Positions 45,917-55,110 of a DNA stretch of 57,289 nt are shown in pieces (the first letter of the stretch is position 1; every line of letters begins with the position of its first letter). Under the pieces are notes generated by a model. The model was not told the DNA's origin. It saw only the letters and a list, made by a program, of their open reading frames with translations, and did no database searches. This DNA is from Candidatus Parcubacteria bacterium (GTDB lineage: Bacteria; Patescibacteriota; Minisyncoccia; Sungbacterales; SURF-37). The stretch is from positions 1 through 57,289 of the forward strand of contig QZJO01000012.1 in assembly GCA_003599755.1 (NCBI GenBank). The letters run 5' to 3'. The position numbers were made by a program, and so were the translations under genes.

Positions 45917-46179
45917 ACGCGCGATGCACAGGGCATGCAGTGTGAAGACGCCCGAAACACGCATGCCTTACCGCCGCGGGCCTGCATTTCACGCGATGCG
46001 CCTTCCCAATGCGCCTCCGGTAATATTCGACCGAGCGTCCCGTCGTCCATGGGCACGACACGTAAGGGCGCGCGCGCCATGCGTGGGCGCACCGAACGTG
46101 GCATACGACGCCCGGGCGTGCCGGTGGTCGCGGCAGCGCCCGATGCGCCGAAATCATTATTGAGCTATGAAATCAATCC

Positions 46180-46437
46180 ATGGCCAATTACCATACGACG
46201 GAGCGGATTGCAGAACAAGATGAAGCAACGGATCAGCGCGACGGCGACGATGAGGTGGGCGATGAGGATGAGCAGGACCTTACGATGGTTACCGCTGAAG
46301 TCAGCGGCGCACCATCCGCCGCTGCCGGACGCGCTTCGCGCGGCGCGCGGTCTCCCAAGCGAGCAAAGTCCGGCGGCACGCGGTCGCGCAGCAGGGGACG
46401 ATCGTCCCGAGGCCGCTCGCGCGCGCGACGCGGCTGA
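46180..46437 (+). CDS. Small low-complexity protein (acidic N-half, Arg/Ser-rich C-half)
   Basis: 85-aa ORF after an AT-rich patch; strong charge segregation. Confidence 0.5.
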   Translation: MANYHTTERIAEQDEATDQRDGDDEVGDEDEQDLTMVTAEVSGAPSAAAGRASRGARSPKRAKSGGTRSRSRGRSSRGRSRARRG

Positions 46438-46626
46438 GCGGCGCGGATCGCCGCATCGGAAAATCCCGAAGACGGCCAGGTCTTGCGGACGAGCCACTGC
46501 CGCCTCTATAAATAGGGGAAGCACACGCTCGCGGCGCCGGCGCAGGCGCATGCCTGCCTTCGCCGGTTCCGCGTCTTTGCGGCAATGCGGCAGTTTCCGG
46601 TATACATCGGTTCGCGCATACGAGAC

Positions 46627-48666
46627 ATGCGGACGGCCTTAGCTCCGTCCGCGCTTGATATTGAACGCGGCGCGCTCGTGTTCATCCTGTATTTGGGCAC
46701 CGCGCTTTTGGGGCTTTCGTTGAGCGCAGTCGGCGATTTTGCCGCGCTCATCTGGCCGCCGACCGGCATCGCGCTTGCCGCGGTGTTGCTCGGCGGCTAC
46801 CGCCTCTTGCCGAGCATTACGCTTGCGGCATTTGCCGCGAATCTTATCACCGGCGCTCCGGTCATTGCGGCAGCCGGCATTGCGCTCGGCAATACCCTCG
46901 AGGCGCTTGCCGGTGCGTTTCTTTTGCGCCGCTGGGGATTTCGATCGACGCTGGATCGGCTGGAAGACGTTCTCGGGCTTTTGCTGACCGCAGTGCTCGC
47001 CACGATCATTAGTCCCATTATCGGCCTGGCAAGCTTAGTCGCCGCGGGCGCGATTGAACCGGAACTCATTCCCACCGCCTGGCGCGCATGGTGGCTCGGC
47101 GACGCGCTCGGCATGATCGTCGTCGCTTCGCTGATTTTGACCTGGCAGCGTCGACCTTCCTGGTCCGGCATACGCCGCGCCCTGGAGACCGTATCCCTGT
47201 TCGCGTTTCTGGCCGCCGTCGGCCTGACGGTGTTTTGGACGTCACAAGGCCCGCAATCCGAGCTTGCGGCCGCGTATCTTGCGTTCTTGCCGCTTCTCTG
47301 GGCGGCGGTCCGCTTCAATCAGCGCACCGTCGCTACCGCGGCATTCGCGCTTGCCGCGCTCGCGGCATGGGGGACGCTGCGCGGCGGCGGCCCCTTCATG
47401 GGAATGACGCCGTTCGAAAGCTTGTTCGGCCTGCAGGTGTTCATCAGCGTGGCGACCGCAACGACGATGATTCTTGCCGCCGCGGTTTCCGAGCGGGGAC
47501 ACGTCGTGACCGCGCTCCAGGGCTACACGGGCGAACTGGAGCGGCACCGCACGTCCCTCGAGCTTGAGATGGCAAAGGGCGAAGCCCTGCTCGAAAGCTT
47601 GGGCGAGGCGATCTTAGCCGTGGATCAAACCGGAAAAATTTCCATCACGAACCGCGCGTTCGATAATCTTTTGGGCGTGAAGAGCGGCGAGGTGATCGGC
47701 CGAGATCTCCTGGACGTCATTGACGTATACACGACCGACGGCGCGTTTCTTGAGCGCGCCGGCCGGCCTATTTTCCGCGCGCTCGGAGGCGAGCGCGTGC
47801 GTATCAATTGCTACGTGGCGCGGCGAGCCGGTGCCGAGCGCATTCCCGTATCGGTGGTCGCAAGCCCTTTGTGGTTCGGCGGGGAAGTGATCGGCGCGGT
47901 GGACGTGCTCCACGACATCCGGCGCGAAATGGAAATTGATCGGGCCAAGAGCGAATTCGTGTCGCTTGCCTCGCATCAGCTGCGCACGCCGATCACGGCC
48001 ATCAATTGGCACCTCGAAGCGGTGATAAACAAAAACGCGTACCGGAAGCTGCGGCCGAAACACCGCCGGTACTTGCGCGAATCGCATCGCGCCACGCAGC
48101 GGCTGCTCGGCATGGTCGGCGCGCTCCTTAATATCTCGCGCATCGAGGCCAACACCTTCAGCATCCAGCCGCGGCCCATGCATCTGGGGCGTCTCGTTGC
48201 GAGCGTGATCGAAGAATTTTCCGAAGAGATCGAGAAAAAGAAACTTCACGTCCAGACCAAACTCGGCGCGCCGTTGCCGGCGATTCCGCTCGATGCGGGC
48301 ATCATGCGCATGACGATCGAAAACCTCGTCTCCAACGCCGTCAAATACACCCCGCCGGGCGGAACGATCAAAATTACCCTCAAGCGCAACCAAGCCGATG
48401 CGGTGCTGACCGTAGCTGATACCGGCTGCGGCATTCCCAAGGCCGATCAAGGCAACGTGTTCTCGAAATTCTTTCGCGCGCAAAATGTGGCCCAGGCGGT
48501 TCCCGACGGCAATGGCCTCGGGCTTTATATCGCCAAATCGATTCTCGAGCGGGCCGGCGGCGCCATTCGCTTCACGTCAAGTGAAAAACGTGGTACACAA
48601 TTTCGTATATCGCTGCCGCTCTCGGGGATGCGAAGCCAGGAAAAATCCTCTTCATTGCTGATCTAG
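46627..48666 (+). CDS. MASE1-PAS sensor histidine kinase
   Basis: IWPPTGIALA and WWLGD (MASE1); PAS; ASHQLRTP H-box; NLVSNAVKY, DTGCGI, GNGLGL; start may be 46585. Confidence 0.93.
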   Translation: MRTALAPSALDIERGALVFILYLGTALLGLSLSAVGDFAALIWPPTGIALAAVLLGGYRLLPSITLAAFAANLITGAPVIAAAGIALGNTLEALAGAFLLRRWGFRSTLDRLEDVLGLLLTAVLATIISPIIGLASLVAAGAIEPELIPTAWRAWWLGDALGMIVVASLILTWQRRPSWSGIRRALETVSLFAFLAAVGLTVFWTSQGPQSELAAAYLAFLPLLWAAVRFNQRTVATAAFALAALAAWGTLRGGGPFMGMTPFESLFGLQVFISVATATTMILAAAVSERGHVVTALQGYTGELERHRTSLELEMAKGEALLESLGEAILAVDQTGKISITNRAFDNLLGVKSGEVIGRDLLDVIDVYTTDGAFLERAGRPIFRALGGERVRINCYVARRAGAERIPVSVVASPLWFGGEVIGAVDVLHDIRREMEIDRAKSEFVSLASHQLRTPITAINWHLEAVINKNAYRKLRPKHRRYLRESHRATQRLLGMVGALLNISRIEANTFSIQPRPMHLGRLVASVIEEFSEEIEKKKLHVQTKLGAPLPAIPLDAGIMRMTIENLVSNAVKYTPPGGTIKITLKRNQADAVLTVADTGCGIPKADQGNVFSKFFRAQNVAQAVPDGNGLGLYIAKSILERAGGAIRFTSSEKRGTQFRISLPLSGMRSQEKSSSLLI

Positions 48667-48682
48667 TTCCGAACGATATCGT

Positions 48683-49132
48683 ATGCCATCACCGACCAAA
48701 TCTCGGCGCACGCCGCCGGCAAAGCCGCATGTCGAACGCAAGCGTATCCTCATCGTGGAAGACGAGGCGGCATTGCTCGCGCTCCTGGCCGATACGTTCG
48801 GTGAAGAACATTTTGCGGTCTTTACCGCCAAAAGCGGGCGCGAGGGATTACGCGTCGCGTTCCGCGAACGGCCGGACCTCATCATCCTCGATCTTTTGAT
48901 GCCCGATATGGACGGTCTCGCGATGCTCGCCGCGCTCCGCCGCGATCGCTATAAGTGGGGCAAATACGTGCCGGTTATCATTCTTTCGAACCTCTCGAAT
49001 CCCGAAACCGTCGCGGCCGGCATGCGGCAAGCCGACGACTACCTGATCAAGGCCGACTGGAGCATGGCCGACCTGGTCCGCAAGGTAAAAGAAAAACTTG
49101 CCGCCGGCGCGACGTCGCGCGTGCATCCGTAG
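48683..49132 (+). CDS. Single-domain response regulator
   Basis: ILIVEDE, PDLIILDLLMP.MDG, LSN, DYLIK. Confidence 0.92.
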   Translation: MPSPTKSRRTPPAKPHVERKRILIVEDEAALLALLADTFGEEHFAVFTAKSGREGLRVAFRERPDLIILDLLMPDMDGLAMLAALRRDRYKWGKYVPVIILSNLSNPETVAAGMRQADDYLIKADWSMADLVRKVKEKLAAGATSRVHP

Positions 49133-49133
49133 A

Positions 49134-49165
49134 CAAACACAAATCCCGGCGATCGCTCGCCGGGA
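49134..49165. terminator. Terminator of the ncRNA (and of the convergent response regulator)
   Basis: Minus strand tcccggcga-gcga-tcgccggga-tttgtgtttg. Confidence 0.75.
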
Positions 49166-49308
49166 CCCGTATCACACGTTCTCGGAACCGGGATCCGCTT
49201 TCTTCGCACGTGAACCAGTAATTGGTGCCCATACTGCCCGAAGGCTAAGGACACATAAAATTTTGGTGTTACGACTTAGTCGAAGTGCGGCGCTTCCGAA
49301 AACGTGCT
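49138..49308 (-). ncRNA. Rod-shaped ncRNA, 6S RNA-like
   Basis: Own promoter and terminator; closing stem cacgttttcggaa/ttccgagaacgtg; nested helices, AU-rich asymmetric bubble, apical gcc-UUCG-ggc. Confidence 0.65.
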
Positions 49309-49314
49309 AGCTTT

Positions 49315-49344
49315 AGTATACTTCGCCGGAATTTAAAAAGTCAA
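49315..49344 (-). promoter_or_regulatory. Sigma70 promoter of the ncRNA
   Basis: Minus strand TTGACT-18 nt-TATACT. Confidence 0.72.
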
Positions 49345-49469
49345 TAGCACCGCTATCCATGGCATACTCACAACTTCTGCACAAGGTGTTCGATGCGCGC
49401 GTCGCATAGGTAGGGCGCGATAGAACGGCTTGCCTCCGGTGGAATTTCGTGCGGCAACTGAAATATACC

Positions 49470-50063
49470 ATGCAGCAGCAACCCAAACCAGGGCCCGCGC
49501 CGGCAAAAAACGGCAAATTGCAGTCGATCGTATTCGGCGGCGGCTGCTTCTGGTGTACTGAGGCGGTATTTTTACGTCTCAACGGCGTCCGGTCGGTCAC
49601 ATCCGGATACGCCGGCGGCGCCACGCCCCATCCTACGTATGAGGCCGTATCGTCCGGCCGTACGGGGCATGCCGAAGTCATTCGCGTGGAATATGATCCG
49701 ACCGAAGTATCGCTGCAAACACTCTTGGAAATATTTTTCTCAGCACACGACCCGACGACCAAAGATCGCCAGGGCGCGGACATCGGCTCGCAGTATCGTT
49801 CGATCATTCTCGCGACGACCGAAGAGCAGGCGGCCGCGGCGCGCGCCATGATTGCCGAGCTTGAAGCAGCGCGCGCGTTTCGGCACTCCATCGTCACCGA
49901 AGTGCGGATGCTGGATGCATTCTGGCCGGCTGAAGCGTACCATCAGGATTTTTACGCGAAAAATCCCGATCAGCCGTATGCCGCGGCCGTCATAACCCCG
50001 AAACTAAAAACGGTCGCGAAAAAATTCCCCGCATCGCTCAAACCGCGTCCGCAAGAACCATGA
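49470..50063 (+). CDS. msrA: Peptide methionine sulfoxide reductase A
   Basis: GGGCFWC, SGYAGG, TGHAE, HDPT..RQG.D.G.QYRS, AE.YHQ. Confidence 0.95.
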   Translation: MQQQPKPGPAPAKNGKLQSIVFGGGCFWCTEAVFLRLNGVRSVTSGYAGGATPHPTYEAVSSGRTGHAEVIRVEYDPTEVSLQTLLEIFFSAHDPTTKDRQGADIGSQYRSIILATTEEQAAAARAMIAELEAARAFRHSIVTEVRMLDAFWPAEAYHQDFYAKNPDQPYAAAVITPKLKTVAKKFPASLKPRPQEP

Positions 50064-50638
50064 ACAAGCTTCCCGAAATATTTATTCTCTTCGATACCGA
50101 ATACACGAGCTGGGAGGGCGCTATGGACCGGAATTGGAGCGGTCCGAACGAATACCGCGAGCTCGTCCAGATCGGCGCGATCCGGGTTGACGGCCGAACG
50201 CTTGCCGAGACCGCGGATTTCACTGTATACGCGCGACCCGAGAAAAATCCCGAACTTTCGGCATTTTTTATGGAACTGACCGGCATCAGCCAAGCGACCG
50301 TTGATGCAGATGGCTTGCGGTTTCCTGAAGCGATCGGCCGATTCGCCGCATGGGTAGGGGATGATCCGCTCTATTGCTGGGGCGGCGATCGGGCCGTGCT
50401 CGAAGAGAACTGCCGCTTTCACGCCATGGCGTATCCGTTGGCGGACAACCGCCATGGCGATATCCGCGCCCTATTTCAAGCCGCCGGCATCACGACCGTC
50501 GGCTACGCGTCGAGCACGATCGTGCGCGCATTCGGCCAAGAGCCCGCTCGCCGTGCGCATGACGCGCTCAACGATGCCCGCCAAATTCTCGATGCCCTGC
50601 GGCTACTCCAAGCATCGCGCAGCACTCCTCGCCTATGA
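50060..50638 (+). CDS. DEDDh 3'-5' exonuclease (ERI-1/KapD-like)
   Basis: FDTEYT, ELVQIGA, LTGISQ, WG.D, HDALNDA. Confidence 0.88.
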   Translation: MNKLPEIFILFDTEYTSWEGAMDRNWSGPNEYRELVQIGAIRVDGRTLAETADFTVYARPEKNPELSAFFMELTGISQATVDADGLRFPEAIGRFAAWVGDDPLYCWGGDRAVLEENCRFHAMAYPLADNRHGDIRALFQAAGITTVGYASSTIVRAFGQEPARRAHDALNDARQILDALRLLQASRSTPRL

Positions 50639-51207
50639 CACTCGGGACGAACGCCATCGGAAAAATCGCCTTCCAGGCCGTCGTGCTCATGGCCATCGTG
50701 GGCACCGCGCTTTGGCTCGGCCAAATCGCCGAGAATAATACGCTCATCCAATCCCTGGTCTCGCGCTACGGTTATGCGGGCGCGTTTTTCATCTCCGTAT
50801 TCAGCGGATTCAATTTCATCGCGCCGTTTCCGGCGGTATCGTTTTTCCCGCTGCTCGTCGCGTCCGGCCTTAATCCGGTCGCGGTGCTCGCCATCATGAC
50901 CGTCGGTATGACGATCGCCGATTCCATCGCGTATCTGGCCGGCCGCATCGGCCGGCATATCGCCGGGGCGCTCGAGGAACGCATCCGCGAGCGGCTCGAC
51001 CGTATCCGCCTCCGCAGGCATTGGGAGCCGATCGCGCTCTTGTTCCTCTTTGCGGCATTCGTGCCGTTGCCGAATGAATTAATCGTGATCCCGCTTGGAT
51101 TTATCGGCTATCGGCTGTGGTCGCTCGTACCCGTACTCCTGCTCGGCAATGCCACGTTCAACACACTCGCCGCGTTCGGCATCATCAACCTCGCCGGCGC
51201 GCTCTAA
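50635..51207 (+). CDS. DedA/VTT-family membrane protein
   Basis: YGY.G.F, G.TIAD...Y..GR, PLPNE....PLG...Y. Confidence 0.82.
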   Translation: MTLGTNAIGKIAFQAVVLMAIVGTALWLGQIAENNTLIQSLVSRYGYAGAFFISVFSGFNFIAPFPAVSFFPLLVASGLNPVAVLAIMTVGMTIADSIAYLAGRIGRHIAGALEERIRERLDRIRLRRHWEPIALLFLFAAFVPLPNELIVIPLGFIGYRLWSLVPVLLLGNATFNTLAAFGIINLAGAL

Positions 51208-52204
51208 GCAATACGCCGCTTTCGGCGCAGTCGCGCTCATCGGCGCGGCCGTTGCGGCGGCGTGGTGGCTCGGCGTGCCGGATACCGCCGAATACGAAGC
51301 TCGTCTGCCGCGGGCGCCAGTACCGGCCGCAGAGCCGACACGCGATTCGGCAACGCTGTTGTTCGTCGGCGACATCATGCTCGACCGCGGCATTGATGCC
51401 ATCATGCGGCGCCGCGACGATTGGATATTCCCGTTTCGCCGCATGCAGCCGTTGTTGCGGGAGGCCGATCTTCTGATCGGCAATCTGGAAGGACCGATTT
51501 CGGATCAGGGGACGAATGTCGGCAGCATCTATTCGTTCCGCGCCGATCCGCGGGCGATCGAGGGCCTGGTGGCAGCCGGATTCGATATCCTCTCGGTTGC
51601 AAACAATCATATCTGGGATTACGGCCCGGACGCGGCCAGAGACACGCTCACGCGCCTCGGCCAAGCGGGCATCGCGCCGGTCGGCGGGGGAGTAGACGTC
51701 GCTGAAGCCCACGCGCCCGTCATGCGTACGATCAATGGCGTGCGTATCGCGCTGCTCGCATATACTGACCTCCTACCCGAAAGCCGCGGCGCGGCCGACG
51801 CATCGCCGGCCATCGCGTATTTGGATCCGGCCATCGTGCGAGCGGACATCGCGGCTGCAAGGCAAAATGCCGACGTCGTCATCGTCATGTTACATTGGGG
51901 CAACGAATACGAGCCGCACCCGACGGCTGCGCAACGCGCCCTGGCGCGCGTGCTCATTGCCGAGGGTGCGACGCTCGTCATTGGTCATCATCCGCACGTG
52001 GTGCAGGATATCGAACGGGTAGGGGAAGGCCTCATCGCCTACAGCTTGGGCAATTTCGTGTTCGATCAGAACTTCTCGCCCGAAACGAGCCGCGCGATCG
52101 CATTGCGCGTCATGCTCGATCGCGGAGGACTCGCCGGTTGGCAAGCACTGCCGATCCGCTTTACGGCCGCATTCGAACCGTATCCGGCAACTACTACGCC
52201 ATGA
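51149..52204 (+). CDS. CapA-family (PGA_cap) metallophosphoesterase-fold protein
   Basis: VGDIM..R, GNLEGP, ANNH..DYG, LHWG.EY, GHHPHV, YSLGNF.FDQ; start overlaps the upstream gene, uncertain. Confidence 0.9.
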   Translation: MPRSTHSPRSASSTSPARSKQYAAFGAVALIGAAVAAAWWLGVPDTAEYEARLPRAPVPAAEPTRDSATLLFVGDIMLDRGIDAIMRRRDDWIFPFRRMQPLLREADLLIGNLEGPISDQGTNVGSIYSFRADPRAIEGLVAAGFDILSVANNHIWDYGPDAARDTLTRLGQAGIAPVGGGVDVAEAHAPVMRTINGVRIALLAYTDLLPESRGAADASPAIAYLDPAIVRADIAAARQNADVVIVMLHWGNEYEPHPTAAQRALARVLIAEGATLVIGHHPHVVQDIERVGEGLIAYSLGNFVFDQNFSPETSRAIALRVMLDRGGLAGWQALPIRFTAAFEPYPATTTP

Positions 52205-52259
52205 GACGAGCTGAATAACGCGGCATGCGCCGTACGCCCGGGTGCGCTACGATAGAAGC

Positions 52260-52781
52260 ATGCGACTCGCGCGCCATCGGTATCCGGCATCCTATGTCCG
52301 CAGTTTCGTGTTCGGCGTCGAAGACAGCATTGTCTCGACGGTCGGGCTTATTTCGGGCATTGCCGCGGCCGGCGTTCCGATCCAGACCATCGTGCTGACC
52401 GGATCGGTCCTCATCCTCGTGGAAGCGTTTTCCATGGCCGTGGGCGATTTTTTGTCCGAAGAGTCATCCGAGCGCTATGTGCGCCGGCGCGCCGTACCGC
52501 TGCGCGGACCGCTCATGGCCAGCGCGATCATGTTCGGCTCGTACCTGGTTTCCGGCATGATCCCGCTCGCACCGTACGTGCTGCTCGGCGCCGAGCGCGC
52601 ATTCTGGCCCTCCATTGCGTTCTCGCTTGCCGCGCTCGCGCTTCTGGGCGTCGTCGGCGGCCATACATCCAAAACATCCATGATCAGAGGAGCGGTACGC
52701 GCCGCCCTCATCGGTGGCGCGGCGATCCTCGTTGGCATTACCGTGGGCGCATTGGTAGAGTACATACGCCATGCCGTATAA
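52260..52781 (+). CDS. VIT1/CCC1-family transporter (short form)
   Basis: FVFGVEDS.VST.GL, VEAFSMA.G.FLSE, G.IPL.PY; TACGAT 6 nt upstream of ATG. Confidence 0.88.
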   Translation: MRLARHRYPASYVRSFVFGVEDSIVSTVGLISGIAAAGVPIQTIVLTGSVLILVEAFSMAVGDFLSEESSERYVRRRAVPLRGPLMASAIMFGSYLVSGMIPLAPYVLLGAERAFWPSIAFSLAALALLGVVGGHTSKTSMIRGAVRAALIGGAAILVGITVGALVEYIRHAV

Positions 52782-54003
52782 CCGCCGACGCGTTATCATC
52801 GTAGGATCGCTGTTCGCGCTCGTCCTCGCGGGCGGATTTCTATGGGCGCGCTTCGCGCCCGCGATCCGGCCGGTACTGTTTCCCGCACCCAGCGACATCA
52901 CGCAACAAATTCCGCCCGCGTCGAACGAGCCGCTTCCGCCCGGTGAGAACCAAACGAATTTTCCACTCAAACTTCCGGACGGGTTTTCGATTTCGATATT
53001 AGCCAAAGACCTTGCCGGCGCGCGCGTCATGCGGCTCGACGATTTCGACAACCTGTGGCTCTCGCGCACGACCGCGGGCGCGGTCACGCTCTTGGAAATC
53101 GACCGGGATACGGGCCTCGTACGCAATCAGGGTGACGTATTCAGAAACCTCAACAAACCGCATGGCCTGGCGTTCGCGCCCGATAACCAGAATCTTCTCT
53201 ACATCGCCGAAGAGCACCGCATCTGGCGCGTCACGACGTATAGCGAAGACGTTGGACAGGAGATCGCGCGCTTGCCGACCGGCGGCGGCCACTATACCCG
53301 CACCATCGGCTTTGCCCCGAACGGAGAATTGTTCGCGTCCGTCGGCTCATCGTGCAATGTCTGCCGTGAAGAAGATGAGCGGCGCGCAACGATTCTCGCG
53401 GTAGATGATCGGCCATCGGGCTCCACGCGCGTCTGGGCAGAAGGATTGCGCAACACGGTATTTTTCACCTGGGACGATGCGGGTCGCATGTGGGGCACCG
53501 ACATGGGCCGCGATTGGCTTGGCGACGATTTGCCACCCGATGAGATCAACATTATCCGCGAAGGAGGGGATTACGGCTGGCCTATTTGCTACGGCAAAAA
53601 CGTCCACGATACGGAATTCGATAAGAATACATACATCCGAAATCCCTGCGAAGAACCGTCAACCATACCGTCGCACGTTAATCTTCCCGCGCATTCGGCG
53701 CCCCTCGGCCTCGCGTTCATACCCGCCGATGCGGGCTGGCCGGCCGATTACGTCGGCGACTTGCTCGTCGCATTGCACGGTTCGTGGAACCGATCGGAAC
53801 CCGACGGATACAAGATCGTACGCATGAAGCTCAATGGGGCAGGGGAGCCGGAGGGGATCGAAAATTTCATCACCGGATGGCTCACGACCGACGGCGCGGC
53901 GCTGGGCCGGCCAGTGGACCTCGTATTCCGGCCCAACGGCGATCTTTTGATCAGCGACGACAAGGCCGGGGTAATTTATCGCGTTCAACCGCCGCGGCAA
54001 TAG
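52771..54003 (+). CDS. PQQ-dependent sugar / sorbosone dehydrogenase family beta-propeller
   Basis: PHGLAF, GGH.TR, SVGSSCNVC.E, GLRN, GRDWLGD..PPDE, HSAPLG, HGSWNR, GRPVD. Confidence 0.9.
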   Translation: MPYNRRRVIIVGSLFALVLAGGFLWARFAPAIRPVLFPAPSDITQQIPPASNEPLPPGENQTNFPLKLPDGFSISILAKDLAGARVMRLDDFDNLWLSRTTAGAVTLLEIDRDTGLVRNQGDVFRNLNKPHGLAFAPDNQNLLYIAEEHRIWRVTTYSEDVGQEIARLPTGGGHYTRTIGFAPNGELFASVGSSCNVCREEDERRATILAVDDRPSGSTRVWAEGLRNTVFFTWDDAGRMWGTDMGRDWLGDDLPPDEINIIREGGDYGWPICYGKNVHDTEFDKNTYIRNPCEEPSTIPSHVNLPAHSAPLGLAFIPADAGWPADYVGDLLVALHGSWNRSEPDGYKIVRMKLNGAGEPEGIENFITGWLTTDGAALGRPVDLVFRPNGDLLISDDKAGVIYRVQPPRQ

Positions 54004-54012
54004 AAGGGAGGC

Positions 54013-55032
54013 ATGGCCACCACACATGATTTAGGAAAAATCGGCCTCGTGCTCCCCGGCGGATTCCTCCGCGGCGCGTTTCAAGTCGGGGCGCTGCGCG
54101 CGATCCGAGAATTCGGCATCCGGCCCGCGTATATCGTCGGCGTATCGGTCGGCGCGCTGAACGGCGCGGCGTTTGCCGCGGGCAAGCTCGACGAGCTCGT
54201 CGATACGTACTGGCGCGTATCGCCCCATCCGGCAAAATTCATCTATGACTGGAATCTTTCGGCGCTCTTCCACTTCTTCAGCCATTCGGATTCAGTGTTT
54301 TCGAATATCCCGCTCCACCGGCTCATCGAAGAAACGATCGATTTTGCGTCGCTCGTGAACTCGCCCACGCGGCTTGATATCGTAACCACCGATTTCCAGG
54401 ACGGCGCCGAAGTCGTGTTCTCGACCAAGAATCCCGCGCACCGCGACCCCGAACTCCTAACCCGGGCGCTCTTGGGATCGGCCGCCATGCCGGTCGTGTT
54501 CCCGCCGTTCGAGCGCGGGGGGCATCAGTTGTTCGACGGCGGCATCATCGCCGAAAATCCGATCTCGCACGCCATTCGCGAGGGCTGCGATACGATTTTC
54601 GTTATCCTAACCGACGCATCGGAGCATGTGCGCACCAAAATGCAGTTTCGTACCATGGCGCATATTGCCCGGCGCACGGGCAATCTCTTTTCCTGGCGCG
54701 CCACCAAGAAAGATATCCGGCGGGGGAATGAGATCAATCAAGATCTCGACGAGCTAGAACGAATCAAACGGGACATCGCGCTGGAGATCGCCAAGCACGA
54801 CCGCTCCGCCGCGCTCCAAGAAGCCGTGACCGCGAAATTCCAAGAAGCGCGGTTCTCGTTTTCCGGAAAACGGCGCGTCGCGCTCCATATCATCGAACCA
54901 GAGGCCGAAGAAGATAACACATCGTACACCATGTTCCATTTGCGCCGGCGCACGGTGCCCGAATACATCGCCGACGGCGATGAGCGCATGGCCGCAACGC
55001 TTTTAGCGCTCGGTCTCGAGCGTCCGTATTGA
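54013..55032 (+). CDS. Patatin-like phospholipase
   Basis: GG..RGAFQVG, GVSVG nucleophile, SAAMP..FP, DGG. Confidence 0.9.
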   Translation: MATTHDLGKIGLVLPGGFLRGAFQVGALRAIREFGIRPAYIVGVSVGALNGAAFAAGKLDELVDTYWRVSPHPAKFIYDWNLSALFHFFSHSDSVFSNIPLHRLIEETIDFASLVNSPTRLDIVTTDFQDGAEVVFSTKNPAHRDPELLTRALLGSAAMPVVFPPFERGGHQLFDGGIIAENPISHAIREGCDTIFVILTDASEHVRTKMQFRTMAHIARRTGNLFSWRATKKDIRRGNEINQDLDELERIKRDIALEIAKHDRSAALQEAVTAKFQEARFSFSGKRRVALHIIEPEAEEDNTSYTMFHLRRRTVPEYIADGDERMAATLLALGLERPY

Positions 55033-55057
55033 CTATTCGAATATAATACGGTATATT
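55029..55057 (+). promoter_or_regulatory. Sigma70 promoter overlapping the patatin stop codon
   Basis: TTGACT-17 nt-TATATT. Confidence 0.7.
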
Positions 55058-55110
55058 ATATATCCGCGGCATGCCGCTGCGGCTGTTCTCGAACAAAGGA
55101 GGGATCGCGC

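Noticed and set aside
49223-49300. tRNA-like 3' end (GGGCACCA on the minus strand)
   Set aside because: No T-loop GTTCRA and no cloverleaf; better explained as part of the rod-shaped RNA
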